DNA of 63,986 bases, filler included, from Sphacelaria rigidula (lineage: Eukaryota): assembly GCA_964200075.2 (NCBI GenBank). It is 3 parts of 3 records of this genome, joined end to end, with 100 filler letters (N's around TTAATTAATTAA, not from the genome) between each part and the next. Parts side by side here need not be neighbours in the genome. Positions count along the whole stretch, not along the records: positions 1 to 21,288 come from CAXNAA020000443.1; 2 more parts are not named here. One strand, 5' to 3'. Position 1 is the first letter of the stretch. Every line of letters begins with the position of its first letter. Below, piece by piece: positions 1-12,900 of the stretch. The position numbers and the translations under genes are program-made. Under the pieces are notes generated by a model. That model was not told where the DNA came from. It saw only the letters and a list, made by a program, of their open reading frames with translations, and made no database searches.

Positions 1-73
1 GACACGGAGCACCGTTCCTACTCCCAATAGAGACACCTCCAACATTCCGGCGCTCATTACGTTTCTTCCATAG

Positions 74-495
74 ACAGCGGATTCTCAACAATGGGGTTGA
101 CCAAAACATTAGGTTCAACTCAGAAGCAGTGCTTTCCCTAATCTAAAGCCATGACAAAGGACTTTCATATGGGCGAACTCACCCTCCTGACCTCGCTTAA
201 ACTACTTCGGAGGGTTTCAAGCCTTCCGTTCCCCCGAAGGGTATATGTGCGATAGCACGACTTTTCGGCCAAAAAGCGTCGCTTTTTTAACCCCGAAATC
301 GAGGCAAACATGTGCTTTCGTACATACCCTTTGGGGAACGGAAGGCTAGAAATCCCCCGAAATAGTTTCAGGGACGTCGGGAGGGATGAGGTCGTCCATA
401 TGAAAGCCATTTGTCATTACTTTAGGTCAGGGAGCGCGCTGCTTTCGAGTTGAACCTCATTTTTATGCTCAACCCCATTTTTGAGAATCCGCTGT
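74..495. mobile_element. Foldback/MITE-like palindromic element, family A, copy 1
   Basis: Ends ACAGCGGATTCTCAA / TTGAGAATCCGCTGT. Imperfect inverted symmetry extends over most of the element. The core is similar to 20085-20503. Confidence 0.8.
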
Positions 496-499
496 TCAT

Positions 500-1320
500 A
501 CATTACACAAAACCTTTCACACATCTCATCCTCGTCCTGTTTCACCGTCTGTGGCCACCATCTATCTCCTAGTAAAGCCATCGTTTTCTCCCTACTGTCT
601 CATGTATCAAACGCTTTTATGCCGCCTTCGTTCATGTCCCGCATTTCCCCCTCTAGCACGCCCCGTTCCTCCTTGTATAGTTCACATTCTCCCACTATAT
701 GACTTCTGCTCTATATTACTCTGCCACACGGGTAATTCTGTGCACCTACTTCTAATTGTTTTTCCTGGCAGGTCCAGGTCCCCCACCCGAAATCGCAGTT
801 CAAACGTTTTCGCCGCGTCCATCGGGCCATGCAGATATGCGTACATCTCTACCCCCTCTCTCAACCACCCGTATATCTCCGGGTGTTCTTCCTCGTTTAC
901 TTTGCGTCTGAGCGCCTCGTTTTCCCTCATTTTCATCATGTGTCTGACTTTTGTCTTGTACCCCGTGCCTTCTTTTATGGACAGTATTCCGTCTTGGTTT
1001 CCTTTTATCTCCTTCCACATTTTCTCGACTTCTCTATCCCATCTTACTCCACCCTGCCCTTTCGTAATTTCCTTCCATACTGCCTCATAAACCATAGCTG
1101 GCAATCTCTTTCTCTGCATGTTTTTTACGCTATATTGCCATCGCAGTTTTCTCATGTCCATGTTAGTTTCAAGTGAATGCGTTCCCAACGCTGCTGTCAA
1201 TGCTATATTACTTGTCGTTTCCGAGCATCCAAGTATCTTCTTAGCTGCTACCATCTGTACAGTTTCCAACTTCTCCGCCAACTTTACGTTCCCCTCCCAT
1301 GCTTCTCTTGCATATTCCAG
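500..1320 (-). pseudogene. Non-LTR retrotransposon (LINE) ORF2 C-terminal remnant
   Basis: ORF 682-1281 (KLETVQMVAAKKILGCSETTSNIAL...MRKLRWQYSVKNMQRKRLP) resembles the post-RT region of LINE ORF2. No RT catalytic core is visible and the boundaries are approximate. Confidence 0.7.
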
Positions 1321-2842
1321 TCTTCTATGTTATATGGGTGAGGAGAGGTGTGAGATTGAAGCTTGCCGTCACCAGTAATGGGTGTGTTTGAGCGTCTCAA
1401 TCACACACCACACACGCAATACACGACAACAACACCTACTTTACCTGCGCTTCTACTATTCGGGAATTTTTTCCCTTACTCATCAGGCCAAATCAGCTGA
1501 AACAAAAAAACGGTTGAACCCTTAGACAGCGACCACTCCGCAGGTGGACTGAGATGGAATATGCCATAATTGGGGTTCAGAACAGCTCTTTTCTCACTGA
1601 ATAAAACGTCTTTTTTCACCATCATGTGGATGTTGGGCATCTATATAGAAAACAGTTTTGAGAGAACCCCTGACCGTTTTTGACCGCGCAGTCAACAGCG
1701 TACAGCGCAGTCAACAGCGTACAGAGTATGTATGCGATATATATCCGTTAAATACAACGGCAAAAAACAGTCAGCGTGCCATCGTTCTCCACTGCTGTAC
1801 ACAATTTACTGGATGCCCCTGATGCCTATGCTTAATGTTCAACAACAACGCTACAGATAGTGTGAAGCTATGTTGGCAAAAATTAAGGCGTCAGATATGG
1901 GGCACAGACCTCGAGCAGAGTACAAAACAAGCTATTTGTACCCATGTCATCAATGGTTAAAATACCATGTCCCACATGAGGAATGCCGGTGGACAGCGAC
2001 TTAGTCGACCTGCAGAACACCTGTAAGGGAACTATGTACTCATTTTGACAGCGCTCCTTAAATAATATGAAGGCGGTATTTTTGGAGATAAGGCGCCCCA
2101 ACACAGTACATCTGGTGTCTGATGACAGTGAAAGTTGACGTATGTGTGGACTGCAGCCGCAGGTAGGTGTCGACGCAGCATTTTCGGCGACCCGAGCCGT
2201 TCTGTGCGCTGCATGGCCTGAAAGGATGATCATGCACGATGCTTGAATATTCCGAAAACAACACTTTATAGAGATATTTATAGAGGTTCTTATGCCAGAT
2301 GCAGACGCCCTCGGGTTTAATACGCCGTCCCGAGCAAGCCGCGGCCGAATAACGCAGCCAAAGAGAATAGCGTCCCCTGTCAAGGACTACTGCGGACCTG
2401 CTCGAGCAGGGGGCAATGTCTCCTCCTTCATAGTGCCAGACTTAGCGTGCACCCTACCACGACAGCCCGAGAATGACAAGGGCAGTTGCTATAGTTTTTA
2501 CGTGGAGCTTTTCACCTTTCTCTGACAGGAACGTGGTCGCCCTTGTGCGGAGTTTTCACCTGGTTTCAGAATAGGACAAAGTGCGAGTTGCAATTTGAAC
2601 TCTTTTCACGAATAGATCGCGGGTATTCTAGCCCTGTCGAGGCGTGGTTCGCATGGTGCAGTAGTCAGTACTATAGACCTCGATCTTCTGCCACTAGGAA
2701 TATACCGTATCAACTTCGTTCGGTATTGTCGTGATACAGATTGCGCAATAAATGCTTATCCCTTTCGGAGTTGTGGGCATCCTTTCCCATCCGGCTGCTA
2801 AATGCGCGGTCACTAATCTGTAGCACGAGGTATCCGCGCTGA

Positions 2843-3000
2843 TGTGGAGACCTCTCTTCTAAGAACGTCTGCCACTCTAGTCTCAGCATGTAAAAGCTGC
2901 TGTGGAGACCTCTCTTCTAAGAACATCAGCCGTTCTAGCCTCAGCATGTAGAAGCTACTGTGGAGACTTCTCTCCTAAGAACGTCTGCCACTCTAGTCTC
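2843..3000 (+). repeat. Tandem repeat, ~58-bp unit, ~2.7 copies
   Basis: TGTGGAGAC(C/T)TCTC(T/C)CTAAGAAC... recurs at about 2843, 2901 and 2958. It probably lies within the LTR or leader of the adjacent gypsy remnant. Confidence 0.85.
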
Positions 3001-3199
3001 GGATGATGAATTATAATTTCAGTATAATGTCTCCTGTAGCCAAATGATACCAAGCCGTAGGGTTCAGTATAAGTGCATGCATGATTGGAGCAGTGGCAGG
3101 GGACAGGGGATCCTGGATTGATAGCCCTTATCTGTGTGACCCCTTGCTGTCTGGCTTTTGATGTGGTCTGTAGAGGATCACTCCGTGATAATCACGAGT

Positions 3200-5520
3200 A
3201 AGAAAAATGGTCATGTCGAGCACGATGGCAGTGATACTGGAGGAGTCCCTCGTTGAAAGTCTTCTTGTCCAGATCGTCTGGCAGAGGCTACAACATCTAG
3301 ATATTATTCTTTTCGGCACTTTGTTGGAGGAGCTTGGCTGGGGAGAGGGGACGCAGCTGGAAGCCAGCTTGGCCTGCAGTCGAAGAAACCAACTTGAAGC
3401 CAACTTCACGCGCACAGCAGTGGGGGACGCTCCGTGAACTGGAGTACGCACAACTTAGGCGAGAGTCTCCTCGTGAAGTGGTGAACCCTAAACACGTCTC
3501 AAGCGGCGGCAGCGCAGGTTGTGTTAGGTGAGCCGCTCGAGCCGCCAAAGCATCGCGAAGAGTAGACTGAAGAAGCGTCAAAGCTTCTTATGCCGCCTAT
3601 CTCGACTATTTAGAGAGGTTGTATTTGGCAAATGCATGAGGAGTCATAAGGCATGCAAGAGTGAGCATAGGTCAACTCATCCCTACGTACATTCATCCGT
3701 GTTTTGACGGCATGTACAAGGACCGTCGGGTTATGACCCCCGATAGATGTGCTAGGTGCTGTGAAGCAGCATGCCGGATACAACACAACCGGCGGCAAGC
3801 ATGACACTGCGCGGGCTGCAGCAGATCTACGTAGAATTCTAATTATGGCACCAAGCGGTGAAATATCCGCGAAGGATCGTGCGAGGATGGCCAGTTCATC
3901 GATGGAAAAGGTTTTCCCGGAAAATCTCACGGTGCAAGCCATGTACCGTGCGGAGGACAGGAGCTGGTTGCCAGGCCCGGCCGAGGCGGTTTCCACAGCT
4001 TTGGTGGACGGGATTTCGCCTCCGGAACTCAAGGCGTATGTTAGAAGTGTACTAACGTATGTTGACGGCTGGAAAAGAACCCGACGGTGGTGTTCAACAA
4101 AACATTTGATGCCACCGACCAGTCGAAGTTCTTTGAGGCGCATGGCCGGCGCGATTCTGCGGCAAGTGCAGGTAGTGCGCGCCGCAAACAGCAACAGCAG
4201 CGGAAACAACAGCCGTCTTTGCAAGCGTCGCCCACTCGTGCGTGTTACAACTGCGACGGCACCCGACATATGATCAAGGACTGCCCCAAGCCTCGCGCTT
4301 AAGGCGGTGCTCAAGGAAATGCGCGAGATCACGGCGCCGCGGTAGCAAGCAATCGGCGGCGGATGGTGGTTCCTCCACTGCTGTTTCTTCCACTACGTCA
4401 TCAGGTGGTGACTCTGCATCTTATATTCCGTCCGTGTCGGGGCGGACAGTGTACGTGGGAGATGCGAATACTTCGGTGTGGAGTGCTGGAGCGAAAAGTT
4501 CGCAACCCCTCGGCCAGGCAGAATCCGTGTCTCGTGCATCTCCTACTGCTGCGACGGCTGTAACAGCGTCATCTGCCTATTCAGCGACTTGGTCTGGTTG
4601 GACCGACAATTCTCAGTTATCGATATCAAGTGCTGGAGGGCAGCCCTGGTGTCAGGGGACTCTTGGTACCGACCAGGATTCTTCGGCAGGCGTGGTACCT
4701 GTCGATCGCAAGGCTGAATGCTTACGCTCAGATCTTTCCTTGCCTGGTTCCGTAGGTTCGTTCATGGCCCGCGTTATTCTGGATTCTGGTTCCGCGCTCA
4801 CGTCGATCTGTGCAGGGTTTCTAGAACAAATGTCTTCGCAGTTTGGCGGCGCTCAGCTTTCGATTCCGTCCGAAAACGGACCGCAAACGGCACAGACCGC
4901 CACGGGTGCTCCCGTGACGGTTAAACATGAAACGGTGCCGAGTACTGTTAGCGTGCGTACGCCGTGGGGGGGCGTGGAGTTGCAGCCCGCTACTTTTGCT
5001 GTCATGCCCGGTAGGGACCACGTGGTTCTATTTCGGGATGGCGACGATGAAGGAGCTCGGGATCGATTTGTACCCGCTGGCATTGGGTAAGTCACGCCCG
5101 CGTGCTGTGCCGGTGCAAACCGTCGTGGAAAATCCAAGCTATCTTGCTGCAAGGCGTGTGACCGTACCCATACGGTCATTCCAGAGCGCCAATGAGGAGG
5201 AGGCTCCTGCGGATGAAGTGGTGATGCGCTTGGTCGATCGGGGGGGCGACATGTTTATGGACCCAGCGGAGGAGAGAGGTGCAAGATAACGTGCACTTGA
5301 CGATAGCGTGCAGCAGCCGAGCACAAGGGCCTGATCGCCGATGGCGCACATTGTATGCGTGATATTTTGGCTCGTCGGGTGGATAATTTCATCGTGCGCT
5401 GCGTGGTGGTCCGCCAGCGCGCATAGAGCCCATGACGGTGCACCTCGAGCTACAGGCAAATGCTGTGAAGGCCCTCGTTTAAAGTCCTCTTGTCCAGATC
5501 GTCTGGCAGAGGCTATACTC
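3200..5520 (+). mobile_element. Degenerate Ty3/gypsy-type LTR retrotransposon (gag and aspartic protease, truncated before RT)
   Basis: CCHC zinc knuckle CYNCDGTRHMIKDC (~4240-4285) and retropepsin motif VILDSGSALTSI (~4770-4810). Pre-RT-like EPMTVHL text near 5425. Multiple frameshifts and stops. Confidence 0.8.
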
Positions 5521-5799
5521 CATAATATTGAAACAAAACAACACTCTTGGCGGCCGTGGTTGGTCAGGATTATCATTCCGCGCCTCTCGGGCCTCGTTTC
5601 CGGCTCAGAATCTTCCGTGGGAATCTTTCAAACACACGGTTGGCTTGGTGAGCTGTTCGGCTGCTCTTGCGGACATATACCCCCCTCCCTACGCCCTCTG
5701 AAAAACCCCGAATATCTCCAGACTGTCAGCCTGTGAAACTGTTCCGGGGTGTCGCTCGCTGTGTGATGCTAAGGATTAACCGTTAACCGATACGACGAT

Positions 5800-8700
5800 C
5801 GTTTGTACGTTCTGGGCAATTCTCAGCTACCGAGATCAACTGCCTATAAACCGCTTCTTCATTCCCGCCCACTACAGACATACATACATATGTTAACTGC
5901 ACACTACAAGTCATCGGCAGAGGGATGAGCAGAATTCATGACGGTAGCTCCTTTTGTCTTTCCACGACCCACCTGGGTTTAGTGCCTTGTGAAAATTACC
6001 ACTTGGTAGCATGTACACTCCTCCCCGGTTTCTCCGGTCGAGACTGTGTCAGAGTAACTACTACGTTTTAGTATAGAATTATAACAAAAAAAAACACCGG
6101 AAACCTCGGGAACGCTGTGCTGAGTGCAAGGTGATGGGGACAAAAGTATCATCCAAAAGCACAAGTTGCGGGCGGCCCACCCGTCGACGCATCCTGTTGG
6201 AAGCTCTTTACCGTGACCCATATTTCTTGCTACATCAGATGTACACCACCTAATGCACACCCCGCACCTGAAAATAGATTGAATGATTTCGGTCTGCGTC
6301 AAACATACGCAGATTCTCAGCAACACGCCACAGTGTCGTGCATACGTCAGCCACGTCATTCCTGATCAGCCTCATTGATGACAAAAAGTATATCCACCTA
6401 TATAGGTGGATTCTTATTTCCACCATCACATTTTATCATGACCGATCCCGCGTTGTTTCTGTTAATTCGGAAGCCCATATATTTTTAATCTGGTGTCCGC
6501 TACCGATGTTTGCAAACAAAGGAGAGCCTTCACGTATACCGGAGTGCAGGCAGTAGTCAGTAGTCATATCCTCTGCATCTGCATTGTCATGTACGTACAT
6601 TTGCATGTAGCCTCGAACTCTACAGTGAAGACGGAATAGCCACTATGTTCGTGAGATTCAGAGGGTAGTTTCAGATTCAGAGGGTAGTTTCAGATTCAAA
6701 GTGAGACCCGAAACAATCGACTTTCCCGTCGATTTCGACATCGCCACAGTTCGAGGAATAATGCGCCCAGGTGGTAGAGCGGTGGCTTAAATGAAAGTTG
6801 TCACCTACACGATCAATTTGACACATCACTTGTTCGCAACGACGTAGTCAGTCCATTGCAACAACAGATCCCCTCTTCCAGGAAGAACCGATTAGTGCCT
6901 GACACAGTTTCGGTTCCGAAATGCCCCCCCAGGCGTAAAAATGCTTTGTGCGGTATCTCACCAACCAGACCGCCGAAAACCTCGAATGGGGTTCTGTACG
7001 GTAGCTGCATGTACAGCATGTGTGCTCAAGCAAAAAAAAAAGACAAAATGTTGCTTGTTAGGAACGCTAGAGCATCATCCACTCTGAATCTGAAACTACC
7101 CTCTGAATCTCACGAATAGTGTGTTAATAGTGCTGTACTGTATTGGCAAAGCACAGCTACCTACTGTGCTCGCGAGTACAGCTCGTGCTTGTAACCTTGC
7201 ACTAGTTGTCTCCTGCAGGGTACAGCCTGTACTCGGATATGCTGTCACAGCGCAAAAAGTACCGGGGTTCGCGTCCAAGCCAGCTGAGTAATGCAAGAAC
7301 GGGAAAACCTCCGTATCCATCCTGGGTAAATCTGTCGCGTGCCTCCTTCTATTTGATGCGATGGCAACACAATCAAAAGCACAAGACATTTGTTTGATGG
7401 CATTTGTTGGGAGCGGTGTCTCTCATCCAAAAACCAACTCGAAAAATACATGTGAGCACGCCACGGTTGGCAGAAAAATGCACCTGAAATGTCTTGAACA
7501 TCTGGGTCAAAATGAACAACCCCCCTGTGTATGACTCTGAAGGTCTAAGAAAATGATCGCACAATTCAAGGAAAACAACGGTAAGCACGTACAAGACAAA
7601 ACGAAAACAATGAGTGTATACAGCAGCTACAAACACAAGGAGGACCGACGGAGTATCGAAGTCCAGCCAGCACGAGTCAATGTGGAGCACGAAGGAAAAC
7701 ACCCCATTCGATCGTTCATCATCCGGTGGTGTCATGGTTGAGATTTGTTTTTTCGAGATGATGGACACAATGCATCCTGCACGATGTAGACTTTACGGTA
7801 TAACGGTAGTACAATACAGTGTCAGGGTGTTACAGTAGGGCACATGAATATTCACAAGTAAAGGCCGTGGATTTTGCGAACAGGAACAGTACGACATTAC
7901 AAGTATAGGCTGTGCTTCACAAACACGGCACAGCTGTAGGCTGTACTTGTAACCTTGTACTACTGCGTGTCAGAGTACAGGCTGTACCCTGCAGCACAGA
8001 CAATACACTAGTAATACGGTAGTACCAGGTTACAAGCACGGGCTGTACTCGCGAGCACAGTGGGTAGCTGTGCTTTGCCAATACAGTACAGCACTATTCC
8101 GTCTTCACTGTAGGGTTCGAGGCTACATGTAGATGCACGTACATGACAATGGATGCAGATGCAGAGGATATGACTACTGACTGCTGCCTGCACTCTGGTG
8201 CACATGAAGGCTTCACTTTGTTTGTAAACATCGGTAACGGGCACCAGATTGAAAAAAGGCGGGCTCCGAAAAACAAAAATCGTCAATGGGAACCCATGAC
8301 GATTCTTGTTGTTGTGAATCGGCATCATTTTGACTTGAAAATGACTGAAAATGATGCCGATTCACATAAACAAAAATCGTCAATGGGGTTATGAGGAAGA
8401 CAACCGGTAGTTTCATCTAATCTATCTTCAAGTGCAGGGTGCGCATTTTACGATGTACATCATCTGATGTAGCAAGCAGTATGGGTCGCCGTAGAGAGCT
8501 TTCGTACCATCATGCGGCGACCGGCGGGCCGCTCGCCACTTGTGGCTTTGGATGATATTATTGTCCCCATCACTTTGCCACACAGCCCATTGTGGTCGGG
8601 GTGGGCCGCGATTTCCTCCTTTGTTGCAAGTGGCATATTCTCTTCGAAGGCTATCAGCATTGCGGCGCGCATACACACAAGTAAATAATACGATACAACA

Positions 8701-8965
8701 GTACAGTACAGAACGCCTCTCCGACTGCAACAACAGCTGCCGCTGCATACTCTCTTGCACGTTCTGAGCACTTCTCAGCTATCGACATCAACTGCCTATA
8801 TACCGCTTCTTCATGCCCGCCTATTACATAAATGTTAACTGGACACTGCAAGGCATCGGCGGAGAAATAAGCAGAATTGATGACGATGGCAGCTCCTTTT
8901 GTCTTTTCATGGCATGGGTTTAGTGCCTCGTGAAAATGACCACATGTCAGCATGTATACTCTTCT
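5800..8965. repeat. Two diverged, rearranged copies of one unknown element
   Basis: 6126-7205 (excluding the MITE) is an inverted copy of ~8020-8580. 5800-6020 is a direct copy of ~8755-8965. Confidence 0.75.
6641..7121. mobile_element. MITE with ~45-bp TIRs
   Basis: CACTATGTTCGTGAGATTCAGAGGGTAGTTTCAGATTCAGAG pairs with CTCTGAATCTGAAACTACCCTCTGAATCTCACGAATAGTG. It interrupts sequence that is contiguous in the inverted copy at ~8020-8260, and AATAG occurs on both sides. Confidence 0.8.
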
Positions 8966-9908
8966 CCGAATGTTCCCACTCCTCACGATTGGTCATTTGT
9001 TGTGTCCTTTGGGCGTAGTATCTCTACTTCAAAAATGGATGCCCATCGCGGCAGTCGAAGGATTCAGTTTTGCGACTAAGTTTTGCAACTGAAGGCAGAA
9101 AAAGGTGATGCTGGCGGCGGGTTTGACCAAACTGGTGTCATCTGATCCTTGGTGATACCCATAGACAAACGGAACCAATGCAACGACGAGGAAATAGACG
9201 ACAACGCCGTACTGTACTTTACGACACAGTACTGCTGTACTTTGCGTTTTAGATCAGATTTGTCTCGGCCTATACATTCACCCGAGTGGTCATCCGTGCT
9301 GCGCTACTGTCACACATTTCACGTGAAAATGGATGATGAACATACTATTGGGGAGATGCAATGCAGCAGGGACGTGCGTGTCATGGGTGCAGAGCTTGTG
9401 AAACGGTGTAGCCCACATTCATTTTTCAAGTGAAAATAATGCAGGAACCCAGTTTGAGATAACTCCACCGGTTTCCTGTTCCGGGATTGGAAGAGCCCAA
9501 TATTATACCGGGATACCGGGACGCGGAGTTTGAGATACCTCTACTACTACTCGTACTGGAGGTCGGTAACTGCAAAGCTACACTTCGAGACAACAGTGTG
9601 TAAAACCTCCAGGGTGTGAAATGTTACAGGCGGCTTCCGCGCCATACCGGCTGTGTTACCATACAGCTTCGTTCAACATACAGGCAGCCATTACAGCAGC
9701 AGAGGCGGCATGTCACTCCTACGTGCGCCAGCTGGGGCAAACGAACACGGAGAGCTTTATAAAATGCGTCGTAGCGATATAGCGCGTAGCCAGGGGTGAT
9801 ATCTCGCCTACACGGTGGCCGCAGGTACGAGCGGTTGCGTTCATGATGTGGCGAACTGCACAGGACAGCGCGAATCAATGCAGCACAGGGATAGGCTAAG
9901 GATGTAAA

Positions 9909-12900
9909 CGTTGAGGTGAACAGCCTTTTCAGTGTAGTCTACAGTGCTGAACAGCCACGGTACAGAGGTATCCGTCTTTATGGGTTGTGATGGTTATATG
10001 CGGTAGGATTTGATACCATAGTAGGCGTATGTCTTGTACTCACGTACGCACTGTCTGAGAACTCCGCTCACCATGGTGTTGGGTAGCGACACGAGTTCAT
10101 TTCGTTCTCTTCCTTCTGTTCTTTCCTTGACTTGCTTAGTCAAGCCATGTAATACCACTCTTTTACAACATGATCGGCTCAGCCGTGTCCTTTGATCGAC
10201 TTCATCAGTCGTGTCTAGCTGTCCCTGTTCACGGATCACATATCAAGGAACACTCTAGAGAGTCCATTTGATTTGCCAACGGCTTGTGGTCCTAACATTC
10301 GACCAAGATGGCAGGGTCAAGGGACGCGGTCATACCCCCAACAGCGACCGGGGACGACGCGGACTTTAGAGGCAGTTTGTATGAAGCAAAGACAGCGATG
10401 TCCCGATTAGTGCACAGGGCACTGCCCGCGGACGGGGAGAAGAAGTCAGGTGGTGAGTCGCACCTCACCACGCGCTCGGGAGTTGGGACGTCCCGGCGCA
10501 GCACGGTCGAAAGACCAGCTCAGGCCAGCTCTGGGGAGTGGGTTGTGTTCCTGAGCCATCCACTGCACCTTTCGGAGACGTGTTCTGCGGAAACGACGTT
10601 ACCACTCAGCTGCAACACTGTGCAGGGGGCGTGCACCGTCTACCTTGTGCGCGGAGAAGGGGTAAAGAAGGTTCACCGGGGGTATATGTCCCAAGCGTGA
10701 GTACTACACCGAATGGGGTGGTACCACGGGGATTTTGTTCTCTTGCACGGTGTTTCGAGTTCACGGGACCTCAGTACAGTATCCGCGCAGTGATGGGTTT
10801 CGATTTCGTGGGTGGAGCCAGACTGTTACATGACAATCATGGGGATGAAACATGATGGTGGCGGTAAGTGTGTCTACAGGTGGCTGCTGATCAGTGTGTT
10901 CCAGACGGATATGGTGACATGACTTGTGGCGCTGTAGTATGTTTGTCATGTTTCAACAATAGGGTGAGCTGTCAGAGGATTTGAGCTGAAGTGACTGTTT
11001 GACTGAAAAACTGCCGGGTATGTTTTCCCCATCTCGGCGGGACAAAGTTCCTCGAGGGGATAGTTGGTGCATTCCGTTCTGCCGTCGTTTGTAACAAGGA
11101 ACATATCTGGGCCAACACGTGAAATTGGATTGAGTATTTCACGATGTATGATGGGAAAAAAAAAGAATGCGCGCAAGAACCTCACGTGTGTTGGGAAACA
11201 TGCAAGACTGTTAGGCTCATTACAGTAGGTGGATGGCCATGGCCAGCGTTGAGACCTTTCTACAGGGATATAACGATCTCAACGTTGGTAAATTGCACCT
11301 TTTATCATCCCTGAAAATCGACCTTGAACTCCCTTAACTTTCTTGGTCGATGGGTAGGTATCTTGACTGCATGGAGTGTTGCACCATCCGCCCTCCCTCG
11401 GGGTGTAGGTTGAATTTCTCCAACTTTGCAGGTCGGACGATGAAATGTGCTTGTTGTCATATCGGGTGGATGACTCGATTACATGATGATCTCGGTATGT
11501 GACCGGCGTTGAGGCCCTTTTCAACAGGGCTGTACCCCTCTAAACGTCAGGTGTTACACTATGCGCTTTCCCCTCCAAGTACAGGTCGATGTTCCCTAGC
11601 TTGCTTGGTAGACGGGTAAGTTATCTTGATTGCATAGGAAATGTTGCACGATTCGCCCTCTCTCGGGGTGTAGGGTGAATGTCCCAGACTTGATACGGTT
11701 GATTGCGAAGTGTATTTTCGGTACTTGGTTATCTGTGGGTAAACCAATATATATATATATATATATATAGTTTTGGCGCTGGGGTCATGTTTACATGAAG
11801 AGCAGGCCCAGTCCAATGTATTCCAATTTTTCTTCGTCACCTGTGGGGTGTGCGGCAGGGGGCACCGTTCCCAGCCAGCATGGTTGTTGGCAAATTATGA
11901 AGATCGTTTCAATAGGTGCAGTACGGGTAGGACGATATACCCCTGGCTTGATTGTACAGACGATGTCGGCATTTAGTCATCTCAGTGACGTCCGGAAGTA
12001 CCCATGTGAGTGATCACGACCAGTTGAATCCTAAGACATATGCTCCACAGAGTCGATCTTGGTTTGATGATACTGCTTGATCCTTCATTTTTACAGAGTA
12101 GAGAGGGGCACTTCTCGTGAATTTGCTGGACTGCCCCTTGATCTCGATTCCCAATAGGTGGAAACACGAGAGGTGTCAAAGTGCGTTTGGTTACGGCTTG
12201 TGGCATTGACGGATAATTAACTGGGGGGGGGGGCTGTTAGAAAAGGAACAGTAATAACCAGTGCCCTGTGGGGTACAGACTGAGTACAAATCACGCATCC
12301 CCGTATGTGGTAAGTACGAACAAAAGACATGTTACACATGACATGAAAAATAAGAAATGCTACCTTGGACCCGTTCCGGATGTAGTTTTGAGGCTGTGAG
12401 CTGGCAGAACTAGCACCATGAGGAGAAGAACAAGTGTTATTGCATGACACGATTAAAGAAGAAATGCGCATTTTTCACTCCACGCGATTGGTGGTCAGGA
12501 TGTTATGTCATGTTGTGCTTTTGATTGCACATGTTGAAAACAGTTGAGCAAAATTTCGCTCTATCGGTTCGCTGTTCGTTCAGTAGAAATTTGGTTGACA
12601 GTATGTGTCGAGAATTATTGCTCCGCCGGATCCCGATGTAAGAGTTGCACAGTCTTTTGACTGAAACAGTATTTTTCTGTTTTTCTGTTTGGAAGATTGA
12701 TATCTCGGAAGATTTGAAAAATAGGGCATGTGCACTTAGTGATGCGCACGCTGTACTGCAAGATATGCGTGAGGATCTTGATTTTGTACTGTGCTGCAGA
12801 GTTGGATACATGTCTGAACCGATACTCGGTGTGCACTGTGTTGCTTGCACCATGGACAAGCGCAAATCGTGAGAAATTGTTTGCAAATATTCAAGTACGG

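Noticed and set aside
2843..3000. CRISPR-like appearance of regularly spaced repeats
   Set aside because: Whole units are repeated with no unique spacers, there are no cas genes, and the context is eukaryotic.
3208..3228. Possible gypsy primer binding site TGGTCATGTCGAGCACGAT and an upstream LTR from ~2727
   Set aside because: There is no second LTR to define boundaries and the tRNA match cannot be verified.
9994..10239. Near-identical 81/82-aa ORFs here and at 13286-13534
   Set aside because: They are antisense frames of the two LTRs, not genes.
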